A stretch of DNA of 64,000 nucleotides from an uncultured Opitutales bacterium (GTDB lineage Bacteria > Verrucomicrobiota > Verrucomicrobiia > Opitutales > CAZQIE01): NCBI GenBank assembly GCA_964593675.1, contig CAZQIE010000005.1:4994-68993 (forward strand), written 5' to 3'. Positions 57,768 through 64,000 of this stretch are shown here, one piece after another. Every line of letters starts with the position of its first letter. Positions within the stretch are counted from its first letter, which is position 1. The notes below the pieces were generated by a model. That model did not search any database. It saw nothing but the letters and a program-made list of their open reading frames with translations, and was not told the origin of the DNA. Position numbers and translations under genes: made by a program.

Positions 57768-59024
57768 TTAAACCCACCCGGCCCCTGGCCGGACATCGCT
57801 CTTGTGCCCGATGGCAAAGCGCACAGCTTCGGCCAGACGCGCCGCATTTCGGTGCGCATTGAACTCCCGCTGCACCCACGCCCGCGCCTGCACCCGCAGC
57901 CCCTCGCGCAGCGCATGGTCATCACGCACACGCACGATCGCCTTCACCCAGCCCGCAAGATCGTCCAACCGGACCACGAGCCCCGTCTCCCCGTGATGTA
58001 TGGCTTCCGTCGTCCCGGACACCGGAGCCGTAATCACCGGAACGCCCGCCGCCATCGCCTCCGGGATAACATTGGGAAGGCCATCCCGGTCCCCGTCCGG
58101 AGCCACCATGCCCGTGAAAAGGAACGTGTCCGCCCAATTGTAGAGTTCGACAATCTCGCTGTACCGCCGCGCCCCGAGAAGCGTCACCCTGTCCTCAAGC
58201 CCAAGATCATGGATCCGGGCCTGAAGCTGCCGCATAAGCGGACCCTTGCCCACAATGCGCGCCTCAAACGCGACGCCGGCATCATTAAGGGCGCGGTAAA
58301 TCTCAAGCTGACGGAAATAGCCCTTCTTCGGCACAAGCCGCCCCACGCTCAACAACCGCAGCGGTGTGTGCAGTTGCGGACGCGCACGGCACTCCGGAAG
58401 CGTGTCCAGCCCGCGCCGGATCAGCGCCACCTTGTCCGGCCGCGCCCCCATCGAGAGCAGGCGCCGACGCGTCACCTCGGTCGTCGTGTGGATCAGCCGT
58501 GCGTCACGCAGCTTCTCGGGAAGAAGCCAGTCCCCGCCGCAACTGAAAACGTCGAACGCGTGGGCCCCCATCGTGTACGGCACGCCGAGCAACTTGCGCA
58601 GCAGCCAGGCCGCAGACCCCGGGGCTGTCGCCCAGACGGCATGGCAAATGTCGTAGTGCTTCCGCCGCAGTTCGCGACCAAACACCAGCGCAAACCCGAA
58701 CCCCAGGAAGTTCTCCGCCAGGTTCAGCGGACTCGGCATAGGCCGGGACCACAGCGCCTCCAGCGCCTCGCACAGCGCCCGCGGGTTCACCCAGGCCCAA
58801 TACGGAAGCGCCCAGAAAAGCTCAAGCAACCTCAACTTCCGGAAGCGCCGGATTGGGATACCCTCCCATTCCTTGTGCCCCGCCCATAGCGAGAACACCT
58901 CAAAATCGACCGGCAGTTGACGCATCGCCCGCACCTCACGCTGCAGGAACGTTTCCGAGTGCACCGGAAACGTCGTGCAAAGGTAAGCGATCTTCAGGCG
59001 CGGCGCGTCTGTTGGGTCTGCCAT
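57768..59024 (-). CDS. Glycosyltransferase family 4 (GT-B)
   Basis: P.HSETFLQREV, LLSVGRLVPKKG, RDGLPNVIPEAMAAGVPVI. Start at ATG 59024. Confidence 0.92.
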   Translation of the reverse strand: MADPTDAPRLKIAYLCTTFPVHSETFLQREVRAMRQLPVDFEVFSLWAGHKEWEGIPIRRFRKLRLLELFWALPYWAWVNPRALCEALEALWSRPMPSPLNLAENFLGFGFALVFGRELRRKHYDICHAVWATAPGSAAWLLRKLLGVPYTMGAHAFDVFSCGGDWLLPEKLRDARLIHTTTEVTRRRLLSMGARPDKVALIRRGLDTLPECRARPQLHTPLRLLSVGRLVPKKGYFRQLEIYRALNDAGVAFEARIVGKGPLMRQLQARIHDLGLEDRVTLLGARRYSEIVELYNWADTFLFTGMVAPDGDRDGLPNVIPEAMAAGVPVITAPVSGTTEAIHHGETGLVVRLDDLAGWVKAIVRVRDDHALREGLRVQARAWVQREFNAHRNAARLAEAVRFAIGHKSDVRPGAGWV

Positions 59025-59055
59025 TTCGGGAAAACCGGGGTGAAGGAGACGCGGG

Positions 59056-60318
59056 TTAGCTGTTCCAGCGGCCAAAGGCCAGCGCCACGTTTGCGCCGCC
59101 AAAACCGCTGCTGTTGCTCAAGGCGATCCGTGGCCCGTGCGGCAGGTTTTCGCGGATCACGTTCACGCCCTCCGCTTCCGGATCGAGCGTCGTGATGTGC
59201 GCAGACCCCGGCGTAAAGTTCTCCGAAATCGCAAGCACCGTAAGGGCGGCCTCCAGCGCGCCAGCCAACGACAGCCCATGGCCCGTGAGCGCCTTCGTGC
59301 TGCTCACCGCCGGCCGGGCGTCACCATTAAACACCTTCTTGATCGCACGGAGCTCCGAGCGGTCGCCTATCGGCGTGGACGTGGCATGCGCGTTGATGTA
59401 GTCCACGTCCTTGGGCTGGAGCTTGCACGCCTTCAGCGCGTTTTCCATCGCCCGGCACAGCCCCGCACCGTCCGGGTGCGAGATCGCTACATTGTGCCCG
59501 TCCGACGACTGCCCCCACCCCAGCATTTCCGCGTACACCTTCGCGCCACGCTCCACCGCCGCGTCCGCGTCCTCCAACACCATCACCGTCGCCCCGCCGC
59601 TCCCTACGAACCCGTCACGGTCCTTGTCGAACGGACGAGAGGCCTTCTTCGGGTCGGCGTTGAGCGTGAGTGCCCGCATGCCCGCAAACGGCAGGATCGT
59701 CTCAAAATTCCCATCCTCGCCACCCACGACAATCATGCGCTTCTGCCGGCCAAGCCGGATTTCATCAAACGCAAACCCGAGCGCATGACTCGACGACGCA
59801 CAGGCCGACACAAACCCGCACGACGCACCCTGGATCTTGAAATTGGCGACTAGGTTGAACGTCAGCGTCCCGGCGATTGCCGAAACCACACCCATCGGCG
59901 AGCACCGCATGATGCCCTGATTGCGCATCCGGTCCACGTGGTGGTGCAGTAAAAAAGCCGACCCCGCCGAGGCCGTGTAAAGACCCGTTTCCGGCGAAGC
60001 CACCTGCTCCGGCGTCAGCTTCGCATCCTCAATACCCTGGACCATCGCGCAATGCGCGTACAACCCGTGCGGCGCAAACCCGCGCAGCAGCTCCCTCCGG
60101 ATCTTATACTCCGGTGGGCACGTCCAGTCTTCCGGGTCACTCGAGTCCGTCTTGAAACCCTTTACCGTCCCCGCCACCTTCACCGGCACATCCGCCCTGT
60201 CGAACGGCGGATACAGCTCCAGACCCGTGCGCATCTCACGCAGGCTCTTCATGACTTCCGCCTGCGTATTGCCAATACTGCTGATAAAACCGAGACCGGT
60301 GACGACGACTCTGGGCAT
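59056..60318 (-). CDS. Beta-ketoacyl-ACP synthase (FabB/FabF family, FabB-like N-terminus)
   Basis: RVVVTGLGFISSIGN; catalytic Cys in SACASS; His residues in YINAHATST and KALTGH; SNSSGFGGANV. Start at ATG 60318. Confidence 0.93.
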   Translation of the reverse strand: MPRVVVTGLGFISSIGNTQAEVMKSLREMRTGLELYPPFDRADVPVKVAGTVKGFKTDSSDPEDWTCPPEYKIRRELLRGFAPHGLYAHCAMVQGIEDAKLTPEQVASPETGLYTASAGSAFLLHHHVDRMRNQGIMRCSPMGVVSAIAGTLTFNLVANFKIQGASCGFVSACASSSHALGFAFDEIRLGRQKRMIVVGGEDGNFETILPFAGMRALTLNADPKKASRPFDKDRDGFVGSGGATVMVLEDADAAVERGAKVYAEMLGWGQSSDGHNVAISHPDGAGLCRAMENALKACKLQPKDVDYINAHATSTPIGDRSELRAIKKVFNGDARPAVSSTKALTGHGLSLAGALEAALTVLAISENFTPGSAHITTLDPEAEGVNVIRENLPHGPRIALSNSSGFGGANVALAFGRWNS

Positions 60319-60632
60319 TTTGCTGGAAAGAGTGGATTTGCGTCGTGCCTCTTGGCAACGGGACAAATCCGGTCCGCCATCGGGACTCGACGTCAAAAGA
60401 CCTTACTCCCGGGGACTTCCCGCGGCAGCAGGGACTATCGGCATCCCGCACCCAACGGCGTTAATTTTTGAAAGGCGACACTATGGGAACCCACATTCTC
60501 CTTGTCCAGTTCCCTTTTCCAGCCTCCGTTACCGCGAAAGCTCCGCCCCTTAGGCCAAAAACAGGGCCAATCCCAAACCTTCGCGAACGCCCCCAACGGC
60601 GCCCGACCTAAAAAACAGCCCTCTTGGGACAC

Positions 60633-61523
60633 TTAGGCCTGCGCGCTTGCAGGCTGCGCCGTCGAAGCAGCGTCCGTCACGCCCTCGGCCTTGAAGTCGA
60701 ACGTCAGCGCAATCTCTTCCGCAAACGCCACCTTCTCCGACCCACACGTGATGTGCCCCTCGAACACCGCCAGGGGATGCTTGATCCGCTTCGGCTTCAC
60801 CGTGAGCGTCAGCACGTCTTGCGGACGGCACACGCGCTGACACCTCACCCCGTCACACGAGGTAAAATAGATCTTGGTGGCATCCACCGCGCCCGTCAGT
60901 TCCGGACGCTTTGCGGTCAGCAGGAACAGGACCCCAAGCTGCCCCAGCGCTTCCAGCATGATGGAAGCCGGGAATACCGGGTTGTCCTTGAAGTGCCCCT
61001 GCAGGAAAAACTCGTCCCCAGCAATGCGGTAGGTGCCCCGCGCCTCGTCCGAGCGCACCGAGCCATCCTGGATGAACAGGAACGGCTGCTGGTGCGGCAT
61101 CGTCGCCAAAATCTGCTCCACGCTCACGTGCCGGGGCTTCTCCGGGAGCGGCACCCCCTTCGCCTTGCACTCGATAAACGTACGGATGTCACCAATCGAA
61201 CGCAAATCACGCAACTCGTTGTTATCAATCGTCATCCCGAGCGTCGTCTCCACCATCATGACGATTTCGACCATCGTGAGCGAGTCGATGCCCAGATCCT
61301 CCGACAGCCGCAGGTCGTCCGACGCCCCCTTCAGCCGTGGGCGGACTTCCGGGTCAACAAAACGGTCCAAAATGCCCAAAATGATGACAGGCAAGTGCCT
61401 CGTGTCACCTGAGCTACGATACGCGATGGCGGCCTCGACCGTCTCCGGGGTGCAGCGTTTCAAATCGTCCCTCAGTGCACTTTCCTGCTCCGGGGTGAGG
61501 GTCTTCTGCGAGGACACATCCAT
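60633..61523 (-). CDS. Acyl carrier protein-FabZ-type 3-hydroxyacyl-ACP dehydratase fusion
   Basis: ACP motif EDLGIDSLTMVEI (phosphopantetheine Ser), then a FabZ hotdog domain: MPHQQPFLFI…FFLQGHFKDNPVFPASIMLEALGQ. Confidence 0.88.
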   Translation of the reverse strand: MDVSSQKTLTPEQESALRDDLKRCTPETVEAAIAYRSSGDTRHLPVIILGILDRFVDPEVRPRLKGASDDLRLSEDLGIDSLTMVEIVMMVETTLGMTIDNNELRDLRSIGDIRTFIECKAKGVPLPEKPRHVSVEQILATMPHQQPFLFIQDGSVRSDEARGTYRIAGDEFFLQGHFKDNPVFPASIMLEALGQLGVLFLLTAKRPELTGAVDATKIYFTSCDGVRCQRVCRPQDVLTLTVKPKRIKHPLAVFEGHITCGSEKVAFAEEIALTFDFKAEGVTDAASTAQPASAQA

Positions 61524-61920
61524 ACAAAAAGGCATTCGTTTAGGCGTCAGTTAATGGCACGGCCGTAAAGTTTTTAAACTCCTTTTTTGGTTACCCGTCC
61601 CACCTCGTTTCCTCGAAAAACGCCACCCCGGAAGGCCTGAAAGCGTGGAAGCGAAGGCGTTCCTGAAAGTCAGCCCCCCCTGCCAACGGGAAGGTATTTT
61701 AGGCGAGTTACCCCTGCTGTGGAGCAGGTCCCATCAAGTTGTCGCATAAGAAGTGCCGTAGAAGCATCCAGCAGGCAGACGCCGGAACGCAGAGGAGAGA
61801 CGTGGCCGGAATGTCAACCTTACCTCATGCACGTTTGATAACTCCGGGCGTTCACGAACGCCGTACCCTGAGGGGTTCCCCGCGTTGACAGGCAGGGGGC
61901 CAACCGCGAACATCCCCGCC

Positions 61921-62997
61921 GTGCCACTGAAACGCGACCCATTCTTCATCCTGTTTGGTTTGCCCACCGAGCGCCGTTCCTGGCGTGGATTGGGGCTGCT
62001 CGCCTTTGTTTACCTTGGCGCGCTCGTCTTTGCTGCCCTCCTCACACCTCCCGTGTTTTGGCTCGTCGAGCTTTGGCATAAAGCGGCCCCCTCCGACACG
62101 ACCGCCTGGCTTCTGCGCAAAGGCGCCGACGTCTATTTCGATCGCCTGCGGTACGTACCGGTCCTGCTCGGGTTACCTTGGCTCCTGCGCGCATGCGGGC
62201 TCTGGTCCTGGCGTGCGCTTGGGCTGCGTTTCGACGCCCGCGGGTTCAAGTCGCTTGCGCGCTGGTTTGGCGCAGGCTGCTGTGTTGTCCTCGCTGTTGC
62301 CCTCCCCCAGGTGTTCTATACCGACGTCTCCTTCAAACCCGAAATCGTCGGAATGTACCAGGATGGCGCCCTCCTCGCGCTCGCCGGCAAAATCCTGGGA
62401 CTCGCCATAAACGCGCTTCTTGCGGGCCTCATTTTGGGCCTCCTCGAAGAACTCGTGTTTCGCGGCCTCATTTTCCGCATCTTTTATACCGGTGCCGCCC
62501 CCGTCCTCGCCATCGTCCTGGCGTCCGCCTTTTTCGCCTATACCCACTTCAAAATACCCGGCGCCGTTTGGGACAAGGTGCCACCGGGCGTGTCGTGGGA
62601 CACCGGTTTCTTCGTCGCCTTCTGGACGCTGTTCGGCATCACGCACGATTTCCACCCCCTGCAATTCCTCGTGCTCATGGCCTTGGGGTCCGCCCTCACC
62701 ATCCTGACCCTCCGTACGCGGTCCCTCATGCCCGCCATCGGCCTTCACGCCGGCCTCGTCTTTGCCATGATGTTAAACCGGGGCGTCAGCAAGTTCGGGG
62801 AACACCCCTTGCGCCAGCTTTGGGGCGGCGGCGGCCTTACGGACGGCTGGTTCCCCCTCCTGATGATCCTCGCCATCGTTGCCGTCCTGATAGCCACCCC
62901 AAAAGCCTCCACGCACCAGCCCAAGCCGCTCAAGCTCAGCCGCGGAACGCTCAAAACCCGCGGAAAGAAGGACCGCACGCCCCTGGCCTCGCGCTAG
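61921..62997 (+). CDS. CPBP (Abi/CAAX-like) intramembrane glutamic endopeptidase
   Basis: LLEELVFRG, FFAYTH, AIGLHAG motifs; multiple TM helices. Start uncertain (61885 or 61921). Confidence 0.88.
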   Translation: MPLKRDPFFILFGLPTERRSWRGLGLLAFVYLGALVFAALLTPPVFWLVELWHKAAPSDTTAWLLRKGADVYFDRLRYVPVLLGLPWLLRACGLWSWRALGLRFDARGFKSLARWFGAGCCVVLAVALPQVFYTDVSFKPEIVGMYQDGALLALAGKILGLAINALLAGLILGLLEELVFRGLIFRIFYTGAAPVLAIVLASAFFAYTHFKIPGAVWDKVPPGVSWDTGFFVAFWTLFGITHDFHPLQFLVLMALGSALTILTLRTRSLMPAIGLHAGLVFAMMLNRGVSKFGEHPLRQLWGGGGLTDGWFPLLMILAIVAVLIATPKASTHQPKPLKLSRGTLKTRGKKDRTPLASR

Positions 62998-62999
62998 CC

Positions 63000-63782
63000 G
63001 TGACGACGCCCGCCCCAGCCCCGGGCGTCCTCGCCCGCTCCTACTGCACCGCCGCGCACGTCGGCGAACGGCTCCTCGACCTCGTCTTCCCCAGGGACTG
63101 CCTCGCCTGCGGGAAGGCCGCAACCGAGCTTCGCGGGCCCGACACCCTGCGCTACTTCTGCGAAGCCTGTGCTGCCGCACTCCCCCGCATCCACGACCCG
63201 CGCTGCCCCTGTTGCGGCCAGCCCTATTTCGGCGCCGTCGAGCAACCCCGCGTCTGCCCAAACTGCGATGACCTGAACCCCGCGTTCCGGTTCGGCCGGG
63301 CCCTGGTCAGGCTCACCGGCGGAGGCCGCGCACTCGTCCACGAACTCAAGTACCATACCGGCCGCCCTGTCCTCGGCGACATCCGCCGCCTCGTTCGCGC
63401 GGACGAAGGCATGGTCCGCCACCTCTCCGGCGCCTTCCTCGTGCCCGTCCCCCTCCACCCCAAGCGCCAGAAAGGCCGGGGCTATAACCAAAGTTTATAC
63501 CTTGCAGAAGCGTTTGTACGAGAGGCCCACGGATCGGTTGTTATGGAACTGCTTCAAAGAACGCGAGATACCGACACGCAGACGCATTTGGATCGGACCG
63601 CCCGGCGCAAGAATATGAAAAATGCCTTTGCGTTGACCCCCAAAGCCTGTATTGATCCGGACGCGCGTTATATCGTGGTCGACGACGTCCTGACCACGGG
63701 GGCCACGCTTCATGCGTGCTGCCAACCGTTGAGGCAGGCCGGCGCCAAGCGTGTGGATGTTGCCACCTTGGCGCACGGGTAG
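63000..63782 (+). CDS. comF: ComF-family double zinc ribbon/phosphoribosyltransferase protein
   Basis: LDLVFPRDCLACG, CEAC, CPCCG, CPNC, PVPLHPKRQKGRGYNQS, VVDDVLTTGAT. GTG start at 63000. Confidence 0.88.
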   Translation: MTTPAPAPGVLARSYCTAAHVGERLLDLVFPRDCLACGKAATELRGPDTLRYFCEACAAALPRIHDPRCPCCGQPYFGAVEQPRVCPNCDDLNPAFRFGRALVRLTGGGRALVHELKYHTGRPVLGDIRRLVRADEGMVRHLSGAFLVPVPLHPKRQKGRGYNQSLYLAEAFVREAHGSVVMELLQRTRDTDTQTHLDRTARRKNMKNAFALTPKACIDPDARYIVVDDVLTTGATLHACCQPLRQAGAKRVDVATLAHG

Positions 63783-63854
63783 GTTCACCCCTCCCCGCTC
63801 GTTACGCAACCCCGGCAGCCCTTGCCGCCCGCCACTGCGGCGCGCGCTCGCGTT

Positions 63855-64000
63855 ATGGCTCTCTTCAGCAAGCCCAAGTATTCGACGGTCCCGGTTAAGA
63901 AGAAAGATATCCCGGCCGGCCTTTGGACAAAGTGTCCCAAGACCGGGGAGATCATTTACAACAAGGACCTTGAGCAAAACTGGATGGTCGTTCCCAAGAG
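63855..64000 (+). CDS. accD: Acetyl-CoA carboxylase carboxyltransferase beta subunit, 3'-truncated by window edge
   Basis: [48 protein letters not shown] matches the AccD N-terminus. Confidence 0.85.
   Translation, partial: MALFSKPKYSTVPVKKKDIPAGLWTKCPKTGEIIYNKDLEQNWMVVPK

Noticed and set aside
61734-61967. 77-aa minus-strand ORF between ACP-FabZ and the CPBP gene
   Set aside because: Overlaps the CPBP 5' end, has no recognisable motif, and probably lies in a divergent promoter region.
62178-62999. N-terminal extension of the ComF ORF (534 aa)
   Set aside because: Overlaps the CPBP gene in another frame; ComF homology starts at GTG 63000.
1-64000. CRISPR array, IS elements, rRNA
   Set aside because: No regularly spaced direct repeats, transposase motifs or rRNA-like sequence seen.

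Overview
GC-rich bacterial chromosomal window, most consistent with Verrucomicrobiota (Opitutales-like). That assignment is an inference from two PEP-CTERM proteins, Opitutaceae-style LacI regulators and the style of the ribosomal and IF-1 proteins. Main content: (i) a 12-gene minus-strand respiratory superoperon joining alternative complex III (actABCDEF plus actG-like) to a cbb3-type oxidase (ccoS-ccoN-ccoO plus a monoheme cytochrome c), led by a small Tat-like ORF and an FNR-like box; (ii) a heme biosynthesis cluster (hemE-hemN-hemY-hemH-hemX-like-hemA, with divergent hemC); (iii) hcp with an FNR-like box, menB, hmuUV-like genes and an ExbB/ExbD/TonB (TolQRA-like) triplet; (iv) a co-directional lipid/envelope block: ACP-FabZ fusion, FabB-like ketosynthase, GT4 glycosyltransferase, TusA-like protein and an Mce/Mla-type transporter whose only ATPase looks catalytically dead; (v) an accessory block after tRNA-Gly(CCC) with two [secreted peptidase / divergent LacI] modules, one a ~2,000-aa S8 protease split by a 1-bp frameshift; (vi) housekeeping genes rplU, rpmA, infA, a comF-family gene and partial accD. 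I saw no CRISPR array, integrase or IS element. All calls come from motif recognition by eye; no database search was run.
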